Positions 1 to 13,319 of a stretch of DNA of 64,000 bases are shown piece after piece. The position numbers and the translations under genes are program-made. How positions within the stretch are numbered: position 1 is the first letter of the stretch; each line of letters opens with the position of its first letter. The DNA lies in assembly GCA_002633005.1 (NCBI GenBank), contig NMRA01000050.1, forward strand, positions 984,637-1,048,636, in the 5' to 3' direction. A model generated the notes under the pieces. It made no database searches and was not told where the DNA came from. It saw only the letters and a program-made list of their open reading frames with translations. This DNA comes from Phoronis australis. Its lineage: Eukaryota > Animalia > Phoronida.

Positions 1-1039
1 GTGATATTATCTAAGCTTTATTATCCTCTATGGCTTAACAACTATATATCTTCATTCATGCCTGTAAAAGAGGTACTCCCAGGATCATCAAGCATGTGTA
101 TGTTTTTATTCTAATGAGGCGTGCTTCGAATGTACAATTAGTAATTATACTTTTGCAGTGGTTCATAACAAACGGATTCATTAAACCCAGTAAATATTTT
201 TGCAACTGCTGACTCTGCATATCAGACGTGCATATTGCATCATACCTCATCAGAGTAAAACTTGTTATCAATCATAGTAGAAAAAATTATTTTTATCATT
301 GCCACAAGACGTTAACAAACGCAGTGAGTGTCTGTAACTGTTGTGTCTAGATTGCTGATGAACTAAAGTCGGTCTACATGTATTTCCATTTTTATATCAC
401 TGATTCATGCCAAAGGTTTGAAATTGCGCCCCTTTAAGAGTTTTGACTTGCCCTGTGATCACTAGAATCCGATGCAATAAACTTATAGAAGTTGTTTTTT
501 AACCAGTGTAATATAGCTGAAAATTGTGTGCGTTTTCGTTTGCGAGAGTGTTCTTTTTGAATCAATGGGTTAATCATTTTACGCTCTACATGAAAACACA
601 GACTACTTTTTTTAGGATTACATGTACCAGGTTACCCCGAAAATATTATTTTCAAAGTTTTACCCCTTGGAATATACGCGAAACGCCAAGTATTGTGTTC
701 TTACGCGAAAGGGCTCGGAAGGCTGTAGCCTTGGTGCGAAGCTGTTTACTAAATTAAATATACAAATTTGCACCATTGTGGGTAAAAACTGACCGAATAA
801 AATCTTCCTAGAGTAAACTAAATTATTTACCAGCGTTGCAAAAAATGGTCATTAATTCAACATAAAGTTTTAGGCTGGTGTAATGTCACGCACTTCATAT
901 TTGTAGGTTGATTCGATTTTATTTCCTTTCAATAGTTGAACAAAAGTTTATAAACCGATGTCAAGACCTGAATTGCCAGTGGTGAACGAACAGCGAACAG
1001 TAAAATGTTTGTTTGGCCAAAGTTCACCCGTTAAGTCAT

Positions 1040-1250
1040 AAAATGGTAATTGCCGACCAAGGACACGCTTAATCCGAATTGGTCGTCTACGCTAGGCGAC
1101 CACTTAGCCGACCCAAGTGCTGACCACAGAGGCGACTCAGTAGACGGCTCCTAGCTGACCGTTGTTGGTCGGCTGCTGGTCGGCTAGACGACCGGTCGAC
1201 GGCCGGTCGTCGACCAATTTCCGACCGGTCGGCCAAAAATTCGTGATGTG
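1040..1250. repeat. GC-rich cluster of CCGACC/GGTCGG motifs, probably the subterminal repeats of a non-autonomous DNA transposon
   Basis: Many direct and inverted CGACC/GGTCG motifs ending in AAAAATTCGTGATGTGTG, inside an otherwise AT-rich background. Confidence 0.4.
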
Positions 1251-2210
1251 TGCTGTACCTCCAGACAAGATTTTGAAAAATTATTGGCCTTCACGACAAT
1301 GTTAATTACTTTTGTCTGATATTGGTGAAATTTTACTGTTAAATATGGTGATTGTGGTTTGGCCTTGATGAGTATATGTGGGAGTATGGGAATAGGTTAA
1401 AGTTCATTAGATAGGTTAAAGTTCATTACAGATAGCTTTCAATTGTTTTGGCTAATGTTTGTATCAGTGTTCATTCAGTAAAAGTGAGTTAAAATGACCT
1501 GTTGTGTGAAGAGCAAGTTTCATGCAAACTAATTTTTATGGAAAATTTACCTGCATCAAACTGAAATTTTTGTCTGAATAAACAGCTGAAGAAATTACTT
1601 TCAGGGTACTAGAAAAGATACAAAATTTGCTATTTTCCGATAAGACACCCTAGGGCTTATTATCGAAAAATCCCTGACTTGTATTATTTACAAAAAAATA
1701 TTTTACAGACTTTTAAATTTCCCTTGAGCAATGAAAATAATGGTCACCAAAATTGAAGATTTGGGGATTTTTATAGTTGATATGTCTGTTGTTTGAGGGT
1801 AGATCTAAATATGAATTGCCATTCCCTGCATATTGGCAATAAAAATAATAATTTTGCCTTAGTTTACAAGTTCAGCCATTTAGTAGTTTGTGTTCAAAAT
1901 ATAAAATGTTGGTCACGTGATTATAAACACAAGATGTTAAGACTTGAATTGACGATTTAGGAAGTATTCACTTTTAATTTGCATCCTGCAAAATGAAAGA
2001 ACTACATGCATGTTGACATTTTTTATTTTTAAATTTATTGTGGCTTAGCCGCACAATTATTAGTGCTGTTTTGAATAATTCCGAATGAGAGTGTGCAAGC
2101 TGAGCTGTTCAGGTGTTACACCTGTTTTGCAGTAATATTTGGTGTTTTGAAGAGTTTCATGAAACAGTGGTCAAACTGAACTGCTGAGGTTTTACACAAT
2201 CATGTTTCAG

Positions 2211-5200
2211 GATCACAAGTGGAAATTGTACCTGGAAATTGAAGATGAAGATGATGATCCTACAACCATTACATGTATAAGGGAAATTGTGTTTCAGTAT
2301 TATGGTGACAATTTTAGGGTAGCTCAGGTGAGTTTGCTGTATGGCTTTTATCTTCAGTCTAGCCATAGAATTCTAGCCCTGGAATGCCAACTTTGATCTC
2401 GCGCTGGTGAGGTTGCGCCACGCATGTGTGGCATTTGTTTGTATTCGTTAGTTCCGGTGTTGGTTCTTGGTATGGGGTTAAGTGTCACTTAAGCTTTTCG
2501 TGACTGTCAATGTTCAGCTGAATTACATCAGAGTTGTGTCATGAGTTCTCACTTGTGTATGAGTATACCAAAAGCGAAGGATAAATAGTTTAATTCATAA
2601 AAAATTATCATTTCGCATACCAAGGGTATTAACCAAAATGTGAAAAAATAACAGGGTGTAACAAGAAGGAACTGAACCAGAGAGGTTATATCAATGACTA
2701 ATTAAACCAGCAGTCAAATAATATCAATGATCCAAAAATCATTCATCCAAAATTTTACATCTTTATCAACACTTGATGGTGTGAAAATCGTCAGGTCGCA
2801 TTTTGAGACCCAGCCAAAATCCCAGGTGGCATTTTCAATATCAGCTCACTTTTAAACATTGAGGATGACGGGGTTTTTTTGAAAAATGAATTTGTTGTTA
2901 AGTAGAATGAGAGTGTGACTCACAGAGACTGTAAGTGATAATTTCAAGCCAAGCAGTGGCTTCCAGAATATTATGTGCCTGGTGATGATTGGAAATGTAA
3001 TACACTGCAACTCAAAATTGACCCAGTTTCCGCTCTTGAAACGCACCTTAGACTTTGAAAATTTTTTAGTGAGGCAAATTACGGGTGGGGCTAGCCTGAG
3101 CTGTGGGCGCTAGCCTGAGTTGTGGGTGCTTGCCTGAGCTGTGGGCGCTTGATTGAAAATTGACAGAATTTAAGGGGTACGCTTAAAAGAGCAGTGGGCG
3201 CTTGTTCCGAAAAAATTTCAAAGGTAGGGAATAGGCGCATAGGTGAGTATGGTAGTTGACCTGAATGGCTGCGGTACTAAGAAATCGAATGACTGCAATA
3301 GCAAGAAATGTTATAATTCAACATTTTTATTACTAGGCAAATTCCACCTAGGTATGAGTGTGTGGATGTCATTACCACCTACCCTTTTTAGCCACCCGGA
3401 ATATTTTTTTTCTAATTGGCCCACTTCAGCTGCAACAATTCTCTTTGAATCGAGTTTAAAAAAAACCAATGACGTGGTTGACTGATGACTTGGGGGGTGA
3501 GTATTTGGCGGGTTGGGGGGGAGGGTGTACCAAGAGAAGAATAAAAGGATCGTTTACAATTTGGCATCTACCCGTTCGTAGTTGCAATGGCTGTGATTCT
3601 GCTCTTGTGTTCAAGTCCTCTATATTGATGTTTTACACTGTATGTTAGAGTTCTTTTGAACTTGATTAGGCATCAACAAAATAATGGTCGGATCTACGCC
3701 AAGTTGCTTTATATTTGCCAGGTATCTGCAAAAAAGTGAAAAATCTCAGCTCCCTTACTTTGGAAATTCCTGGTCGAATATAATGACAAAAATCTCAGCT
3801 CGCATTTCCAAATTTCAGGCTCGCTATGTTAAGTGGTGTTCATATATTAATAGGATCTTTTGTGCTATTTGACAGTTCGTAATCAGTAAACATGTTAAGC
3901 ATGTACAAAAATGTGATCAACTGAGTACTTCAACTACCATTCCGAAATGTTCAGATAAAGGCTATCTGATAGATAAACATGGTTTTCGTTTTTTAAGGTG
4001 AATGAGAAATTTTGTTGTCTATCAAAAAATGGAATATTTCGAGGGTTTGGTGGGAACATCGTTCAATCATTAATCGTGACAGAGTGAACTGCAATGTTGA
4101 CAGAGTGAACTGCAATGTTGACAGTGAACTGCAATGTTGACAGAGTGAACTGCAATGTTGACAGAGTGAACTGCAATGTTGACAGAGTGAACTGCAATGT
4201 TGACAGAGTGAACTGCAATGTTGACAGAGTGAACTGCAATGTTGACATAACTGCCGAGGCTCACGGGGCTGCCATATCCTATTCTTTACATGGCTTAGAA
4301 TTTTCCTGTTTTAAGTGGATTTCCTCTTTTTTGGTTTTGATTTCCTCTTATCATTAGTTTGACTTTATTCTTGCAAAAATGTTTATTTCAATTAAATTTT
4401 ACATTACACAAAATGTGTTTCTATCACACAAGCCTATTTTTTTGTGGAACGACACATCACCTGGAAAAATTTCCTCTTTTTTGACATTGGTCATTCCAAG
4501 CCCTGTCTTTACTGAACCAACTCAACTGAGAAGTTCTTTGTTTCTAGCTTAACCTTCCAAAAACTAGTCAGGTCATTATACTTAGCATTTTTTTCTCCTC
4601 TGCAACCAAGGACTGTGGATATCTTGATGTGCTTGTGAGAATGAAAGTATTTGGATGCTGGCTCCATTCAAGCTCCTAACGCCATTCTCTGTGTTCCAGC
4701 CACCCTATCTGATGGACAAATGGCAACATGGTATTGTGGATAAGAAAATTGAGTGTTTGGTCACTTTTGAGGTATGTTTGAGTAGTTGTTTGCATTATTT
4801 TTACTTAAAAGGACAAATGCTTCAAATACTGGACACAGACAATTTGATAGCGTTTACTGGAAATCTCCCAGTTCACGCACAGTTAAAAAGAATCATGTGC
4901 ACCAATTTAAGTCCCGAATAAACTATAACTCAGTTTTATTTCCTATTCTGTCCATATCATCATTTGTTTTTTTTCTTTGGGATAATTTTTGGTCTAGTCA
5001 ACTGGGCTTGGGCTAATTTTAACATCATTTCAATCACATGAATTATACTTGGCCTTGAATTGAAACAATTGCACAGGTTGATATTACTATTAATTTGGTG
5101 GCTCGTGTTATGTGTCCTGTACCCAGGTGGAACTGAGACTTTAAAGACTCATGATTGTGAATGCAACACTGTGTTTATTAAATGTGCACCAGCATGCGCG

Positions 5201-8029
5201 TGCTTGGGTGCATATCGCCATCATCTGTCTGGGTACCCTGTGCCCAACGTCTGCTAAATTGTGCCATGAATTGTGCAGATGTGGGGTTAAACATGTTCTG
5301 CTCCTCCTAGTGGTTATTTTCGTGATTTTTCTAGTCACTTTGGAAGATCATTATCTAATTTGATAGATGTCTGCTTAGTGTGGAGATCACAGGTCTTGAG
5401 AAGGAAAAGGACCAGTTTTATAGCGGAAAGTGGCCTAAATCAAAATGATGACAGGCTTATGGCCACTTCAATAAGCTGTGCCAGTCAAAATACCAAAAAA
5501 ATGCCTCAGCTCCAACTGATAGCACAACTGTTGATATTACGGATGCCTATGGCTATGTCAAATTTGACTGGAGTTTCTTATTTTTGTGTAAACCGCGGAT
5601 AGAAGGATATCTGTAATGGTCAGTTCCTTTGGAAACCACTTTAGCTCTAATTTTGTGTTTCATTTTTGTGGTAGGAGAAGGTGAAGCGTCCACGTACCTT
5701 CAAAATGGAGTACTCATTAGATGCCACAAAGGCGGGAACTGTTGAACAACGATCCGTCTCACTAACTCTGAGGCAGACTGAGCTCCCAGCTGAAGGAGAC
5801 ACGCAAGATGGCTCTCAACCTCCACCTTCGCCAACACAAAATGGAGGTGAATTGTCCAGTGTCGCATCAGCTTTCTCAAGTGTAGTTGCTATTGGCCATT
5901 CTACTCCTAGGAAGAATTCTGCACCAGGTAGGGCATGAACTGTGTTGAATGTTACTTGATAAGACTGTAGTTGTGATTGGTCATGGGTGAAGTCTATGCT
6001 TGGGCGTGTGTGAAATCAATGTAATTTTGTAAAAACTAGGAGTTGTTGGACTTCAATGAGGAATTCAGTGTCATTGTAGTCAGATCTTGTTCAATAGAGC
6101 TATGGGTGGGTAGAAGGGGTATAGTTGTTAGACAGTCTGTTGGTAGCCAAATATTTCTTTAAGACTTACATGTAGTAGGCTTTCATCTGTCATGTGTTGT
6201 GAACAATTTGGATTTTGAACAGTCAAGTGAATGAAGATGGGTTTTTGTCCTCTAATCACAATTTGTTGGTGTGTTGTAAGTAATTGATATTATCTCTTAG
6301 AGCGTGTAATCTGGTTGAACTTGAATGTCTTTTGTCTATATGTATCAAGGTAAACTTAAGATTTAGAAAATTGATTGTTCTGTAATGGTGGGGTAATTTG
6401 AATTCTGTAATGGTGGGGTAATTGGAATTCTAAGGAGGTGTGGCAGATAGCTGCTATAGCTAAGGCACCAAGCCTGATCACCAACACACCAAGCCTGATC
6501 ACCAACACACCAAGCCTGATCACCAACACACCGAGCCTGATCACCAACACACCGAGCCTGATCACCAACACACCGAGCCTGATCACCAACACACCGAGCC
6601 TGATCACCAACACACCAAGCCTGATCACCAACAAACCAAGCCTGATCACCAACACACCAAGCCTGATCACCAACACACCAAGCCTGATCACCAACACACC
6701 AAGCCTGATCACCAACTAACCAAGCCTGATCACCAACAATTGGTGTGTGTGTGCCTCCTCTTCTGAATCCCTCTCGCAAAACACCCAATATAAGACTTGG
6801 ACATACATTTATACAAGGGGTCACCGTCTTTGTTTAAAGGGAACTTAAGTTGCATGTGCCTATGTGCAAAACACTGATGAGTAAAAAATTTCCTTATGAG
6901 AAAATGCATTATTTTAGACATAGAGAGATGCGCTGAAATGTATGCATAAGCAGTAACATTATTTTTAGAAACTGTTCCTAGATGTTGAATGTGTCTCAAT
7001 GTGACGCTGCTTCATTATGTTTCAGATCCTGCTCCAAGGACTGCCTGGTCCAGTGTGGTGGCCTCTGGTCGTCCTCAGGGTCCACACCTGGTGGGGGCCA
7101 CTGTCACCCATCATGGCTCAGGCATAACCACCGTCAGACAGCAATCTATGAGTCAGTCACACAGCTCACAGTCTCTGAGCTCACAGATATCTAGCAGCTC
7201 TTCACAAGCCAGCGGGACACCGAGTCCCAGCGTGAGGAAAACATTGAGCTTCAATCTGAAGAAATCCAATGTGCTTCCAACAAGGGGGAAAAACTCTCCT
7301 GGAATTAAATCTAGCTCACCCGCTGGTGGCCAGCAGCCGGAATTCAAACATATGCCACGCGAGAAATCAGATCAATCTCCTGTAATTAAGTCAATTTCGC
7401 CAAGCATAGGCAAGCCCTCATTTTATCTCAGTGATAGCGTTACTGCAGACACGTTGTCTAGTGATGGTTTTGGCGGACACTGTCGCAGCCACTTTGGTGT
7501 GGTGACACGTACTGAGCGGCCAGTTTACAGACATTCCAAGAGTGACGGGGTGCTCTTGGATACTCAGGGTGAAAAGGCAACCACAAAACCACAATCTCAT
7601 GACTCACATCCTGGAAATATGAAGAGTAACCGCAGAAAAGCAAATAAATATGTTTCAAAAAGGACTAGTGGTCAAAATGTTGGAGTGGAGAGTTGGGGTA
7701 ATAATGAGTATTCAGTGACCTCCACACATCAGAGGCCAGAAATCCAAGGATGCCAAAGACAAAAAGTTGGAATGGACTCGAGTTCAAAGGTCAAACCAAC
7801 GTTCAGTGATACAGCTCAGTCAGATGTGACTAGCCACAGTGCAGATGGATCAAAATCAGATGGAGATTGGCAAGTTGTTGATTACCACCGTCACAAAGGT
7901 CACCAGCAGGTCAAAGGGGTCATGAATGACAAGAAAAAGAGTAAAGGTCAACAATCTGGGAAGGCTAATGCTATTGTTCATGGTGGTAATGCCAAGTGGA
8001 GGTGGAAACCTAAACACCTTAATTTCTGA
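2211..8029 (+). CDS. 5'-partial spliced gene: divergent YEATS-like domain followed by a long Ser/Gln/Lys-rich disordered C-terminus
   Basis: Exons 2211-2327, 4700-4771, 5675-5927 and 7026-8029 all have AG/GT ends and phases 0,0,1, giving 1446 nt to a TGA. The spliced N-terminal part DHKWKLYLEIEDEDDDPTTITCIREIVFQYYGDNFRVAQPPYLMDKWQHGIVDKKIECLVTFEEKVKRPRTFKMEYSLD follows the AF9/ENL YEATS pattern H-x-W, V-F, PPY, I-x-V-x-F, PR, Y-x-L (aligned by eye). The start exon was not found in the window. Confidence 0.7.
3088..3150. repeat. Short tandem repeat, ~19-20 bp unit x3
   Basis: A GTGGGCGCTAGCCTGAGCT-like unit repeated three times. Confidence 0.7.
4078..4246. repeat. 21-bp minisatellite (~8 copies)
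   Basis: Head-to-tail GACAGAGTGAACTGCAATGTT with no spacers; one copy is 2 nt shorter. Confidence 0.95.
6466..6738. repeat. 21-bp minisatellite (~13 copies)
   Basis: Head-to-tail CACCAAGCCTGATCACCAACA, with an internal block of CCGAG variants. Confidence 0.95.
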
Positions 8030-9121
8030 TCAAAACTGTGATAATTTATTTTATTTGTTTATGTTGTTGATCTGTCATGCAAGTTAGTTCAAATTATTAT
8101 CCGAATTTTATTCTTAATTTTGATTTTGTGCATACTATGGTAAATGTTTGTGTCAGTAGTTGGCATTTGTCTGCTGTCAGGTGGTTAACAAATTGTCAAA
8201 AAAATCAGTGCATCTGTGTCGAAGTTCAATATGCAACAGTTACTCAGGGCTCAATTCTTGTTGAATTACATGTATTTGTAATTTCAATTTTATTTAAGTA
8301 TTTTATTCTGTACTTTCACATGTCCAACAGTTCAAACTGTATATTTATGTACCCAGATATAGGTTACATATTTGGGGTGCATGTTGTGGTCATCTCTGTC
8401 TGGATGTCTGGTGTCCACTGTTACATTTCGTGAACTCCTGCAGGATCATAATGAGATTTGACAGATGTATTCCTATGAAGCTGACGCTGGATGACGAGTT
8501 TTTATACAGTTAGCTCTGTATCTTTAGAGTTCCTTGACAAATTTTCATGATTATGAAATTCTGCAAATAGATTTCCATTAATAGGACGACTCTTTGTGGT
8601 GTTGAGTGGACTTGAGGAGTTCTGACTGCTGTGGCGCCTGCTGTGACAGTTTTGTATCTGCAGCTTTATCCCCTGATCCCCTTGTTCAATCTTAGTGGAC
8701 TTTGACAAGTTTATTCCTATGAAGTGGAGAGAAGATGACCACTTCTTTTAGACGGGTCTGTTATGCTTTGGGCCTCCTTGCTGCAGTTTGATGTTTTATG
8801 TCTTACTTACTTTCCTTAATGATTTTCATGAAATTTGGAAATAGTTTAAAGGGATGGTGACACATTCATATTTTCTGTCGGTTCCGTGCATTGAGCACTA
8901 TCTAGTGGTCATTTTCATAATTCTAATGCACCCTTAGTCTTGGGTGCATTTGAACGCTTTGGCTTGCTCTAGTTCTATACCAGGTGGTAAGTTGTGTGAA
9001 ATACTGCTATCAGTGCTTGTCATTTATTCCATTTATTTGACTCCTTATCAGGAGGATTCTGCCCATGGTCATATCACTGTGTTGGGTCAGTGTAGTTATA
9101 CACATAAGTGTTTATGGATGA

Positions 9122-9368
9122 TCAACATGTAGATAATTGTGCTGATTAAGCTAAATACTGCATAGGTTATGTGGGACCTTCTCAACATGTAGATAATTCT
9201 GCTGATTAAGCTAAATACTGCATAGGTTATGTGGGACCTTCTCAACATGTAGATAATTCTGCTGATTAAGCTAAATACTGCATAGGTTATGTGGGACCTT
9301 CTCAACATGTAGATTATTGTGCTGATTAAGCTAAATACTGCATAGGTTATGTGGGACCTTCTCAACAC
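9122..9368. repeat. 60-bp minisatellite (~4 copies)
   Basis: TCAACATGTAGATAATTSTGCTGATTAAGCTAAATACTGCATAGGTTATGTGGGACCTTC repeated four times. Confidence 0.95.
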
Positions 9369-10387
9369 TAAAGTGTGCATTCAGTCAAATATCTACTAAA
9401 CTATAATTAAACTGAGTAAAAGTATTTGTCGCTGTTTTATACCATTCTTCCATTAATTGGGTCAGGTGACCAGGTGTGAAAAGTTTGCAGAAGGAGTTAC
9501 ATTTGTTGGAAAACAATATGCTATCAAAAAACTGGCAGGAATAAAATTCTTTTGGTATGGTTCAAGGTGAAATCTCAAAAATGCGGTTTCAGTATTTTAA
9601 ATTAGCTTATTTTCTTTTTATACAAGTTGATATTTTCGTTAATCTGAAAGTCTCAATTCTTGATACTGACACCTCAGGCCACAGTGGAAATCTTCTAATG
9701 AATTGCTTGTTAAGAGAACAGATTCTGAATTCTTCATTGGAACTGAATCAGCCATATCTGATTTGTTCCAAAGGTGGTCAAATTTGGACACATTTTTAGA
9801 ATAAGGCATTACCTGAGTATCTGCAGCCTACAAGATTTGACACAAATAGGGACTGGTCACACAGCTCGGTCGTTGTTTCACGAAACTTGTGTCCTCACGT
9901 GATCATGTAGGGTCATGCTAGCTGTCAGACCCGTTCTCTTCGGTGACCTTGCACCTGGCAGACAACTACTAACAGTTGCATGGGCAAGTTCCATAGTTTT
10001 CATTTGATGTACATTACAAGTCTTCCAATAGAGTTGGAATATTTGTCATGTTGTAATGACGTTATGTAGAGAAATGAAAACTGGGAAATAGGGAATATTT
10101 ATCTGTGTTGGCTGACGAAACTTTGCCGTTTCCTTTCCATGTAAGTCGTGTGCAGATTTACAAGTTTCCCTATATTCCACACTTTTCTTTCGCTTCCGCA
10201 ACATTTCGTCAAAGCAACGTCACAAATATCGCACATAATATTCGCCAGTCTGCGTCTAAGTACCCTTCACAATCAGTTCTACACGTGTGGTATCTAACCA
10301 AAAAAAAAACAGTTCTCCGTTTGGAATTAACTTTCTTGAAACATATATGCTACATATGATTTTTGAAAAGGTGTAAAATACGCAGAC

Positions 10388-13285
10388 ATGTCTTCGGGAT
10401 GGAAAGTTCTCACAAATCATGTTTTACATGACAACGTGAAACGTCCCGCTCCCGGTTTGGCTCAGTTTCTGATGCACCTCAAAAACACCAATGAAAACTC
10501 AACGGCGTCAAGGTCATCTGCAATGAGTATTTCCGGAGAACCTGCTGAATCAAAAGCATTGGGATTTCTTATGAAAGGTAATAACTGTCGTGTTATCTCG
10601 TCATCCGTTTTTTTAACACAAAAACCAATGACTGGGAAAAGGACTACGCCTGAGTGAAGCAATGCCCTTTAGCACTGCCTCTTTTGCCGTGTCGATTTCT
10701 AGGGTCGTTGCTACGAGTCTCCAAGTGGTCCACTTGCCGAAGACAACTATGATAAAATTAGCAGATCGTTTTTAATCGGAAGTTAACTTTTCAAAAATGT
10801 TATGAATACGTCATTACTCCTCAGTTTTTATTCGAAATGTCGTAAAAGCAGTTCGCATCAATGGCATACCTATAATGTCGTTAGTTTTTCAAAAACCGAA
10901 CAGTAAAATACCCCGTGTACACGCACTAACCAACTTCTGAGAATACGCTCAGCGAGCTTTTCAAGACACTCATTTATACCCGGATATTGACGCGTACTCT
11001 GAATCCCGTAAGTTTTTGATAAAATTGACTTCTTTCTTACTTATTGGATATAGCAAACTTGATTCCGCTAACAATATGGCTCTTCGAAAACGTTGCTAAA
11101 TTCCTATTTAGTCAACGCCTAAACCGCCACACAGCCTAAAACATCTTATTTGTACACTATCCGGATCATTTTCGGCAAGTTATTGTGCAACATATTGTTT
11201 TAAAGTTCACAATGGCAATCTTCATATATAATCTTCATAGGTATTTCACTGATGCGAGTGTTTTCTAAAATTTTTTTGAAAAAGTTGTCTGTCAGCGGTT
11301 GCAAAATTTGTCCCATGACCATGGTAAAATGAGCATGGTGCATGCAGCATTCAGAAAAGGTTTTAGTATTGTTGACCACATTTTGACCTTCACACTTTAA
11401 TAATATTACGAGATATCTGACGAAAAAAAGGGAAATTTTATTGAGCATCCGTGGATTCCAAGGCTGCGTTCGACAGTATATACATAAACTCGTTATTTTT
11501 CAAGTTAAAATGTAATTATACTGTATTGAAGGGAAATTGTTACGAATAATACAACCGATGTATTAGGAAGTTAAAGCCTGTGTTCGATTGCGGAAAGGTT
11601 GTAACACTGATTTTTGATTGACATAACGGCTTGAAACATGGGTCACGGTTATCACCGTTCCCGTTTAACTTTTCTTATTAACGACCTACAGCGGGAAAAG
11701 AGAGATGACATCGCAGGGATTCCTGTTGGACCTGTTGCACTTTTGAACCTACTTTGGTATTTGTTGACGATTTAGTACTATAACTTTTCTCGTACTCTGT
11801 AAAAGATGTCCATAAGAAATTACGTGTTCTCCATCAATATTCATTTGGCAAAAGTGAAGATTTGTCCAAAACAAAGGTTATTGTTTGCCAAGAGTTACGA
11901 GAAATGGTCATGCGGAGGAAACGAGTTAAGAAATGTTGTTAATGAAAATAAATATCTTGGTTTGGTATTTAGTTCGAAAGTAATGTGGTCTCGCACCCAA
12001 AGAACCGGTTCCTTACTTCACGGGCTGCCAAAGCAATAAATCGCATGCGAAAAATGGTGAATATTTTTAAAAGTCTACTTATTAATTGTAGCCGTAAGTT
12101 CTTTGACAGTATAACTGTATCTGTTCTGTAATACGGATGTGAAGTGTGGGACTTCAATAACTTTGCAGATGTTGAAGGGAACATGTGCTGCATTGCATGG
12201 AAATGTTGCACCTTGTACAGCGGTTATATCTGCAGTGAATGGTGCAATTGGAAGGTATTCACTGACATCCAATAGATTTCCTATAATAATCAAACATTGG
12301 CTAAAGCTGTTGAAATCTGACGATTAAAAAATTATTCACCACTGTTATACCTGGCAATATAACATGAAACGGAATGGTAACAAGCCATGTTAGGCAAACG
12401 ATGTCAAAAAACTTTTGCTCTCACTTGGCTTTGGCAAAAAAATCGGTTAGTTTATGCAAGGAAGTCGATCTGCCACAAAGGCTTTATCTCTTAAATAAAT
12501 TGTCGAACCTCGATACGTATACGAAAATTAAAACACATAATTTATATACTACGAAGATTAGCCTACTTAGATAGGATTGATAATATTGCAATTAGAACGC
12601 AAGTGACTGAGATGCTCGACACATAATTTATTCATTGAAAAAGGTAGGCATTGCAACATAGCAAGGTCTGAGAAGTGTACATTCTGGGTTAGAGCAAGTA
12701 TTGAAAATGAATACCACTTGTGTATTGAATATTCCCACTATGACCTGAGGAGTGTATTGAATATTCCCACTATGACCTGAGGAGTGTATTGAATATTCCC
12801 ACTATGACCTGAGGAGTGTATTGAATATTCCCACTATGACTTGAGGAGTGTATTGAATATTCCCACTATGACTTGAGGAGTGTATTGAATATTCCCACTA
12901 TGATTTGAGCAGCAGATTCCTTCATGCAGGGCTATACAACCCTCCTACTTGTGATGAATTCTTGAAAATGTTTTTGTTTCCAAATTGGTCATTTTGTAAA
13001 TTTGTGTATTATGCATTTAAACGCAGGTCAGAAAATTGCCAGTGCTTCACCTGTTTGGTTGGACGTATTAAGATTGCAATTGTAACAAAGGCTGGGTATG
13101 CTTAGTTTTCTGAAATAGACTATAACTAAATATCATGCTGCATATATACAAACAAAAATGCATACATACATACAAACATACATACCTACACACACATACA
13201 TCCCTAACTACATACCTACCTACCTCCCTCACTACCGTCCTACTTACCCACTCACCTACCTACCTACCTACATACATGTACAGAC

Positions 13286-13319
<34 letters not shown>

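Noticed and set aside
9975-9988. RFX X-box upstream of the TOG gene
   Set aside because: GTTGCATGGGCAAG has several mismatches to the consensus.
4078-12910. 21-, 32- and 60-bp repeats as CRISPR arrays or repeat proteins
   Set aside because: Head-to-tail with no unique spacers, no cas genes, eukaryotic context; their ORFs are artefacts of stop-free units.
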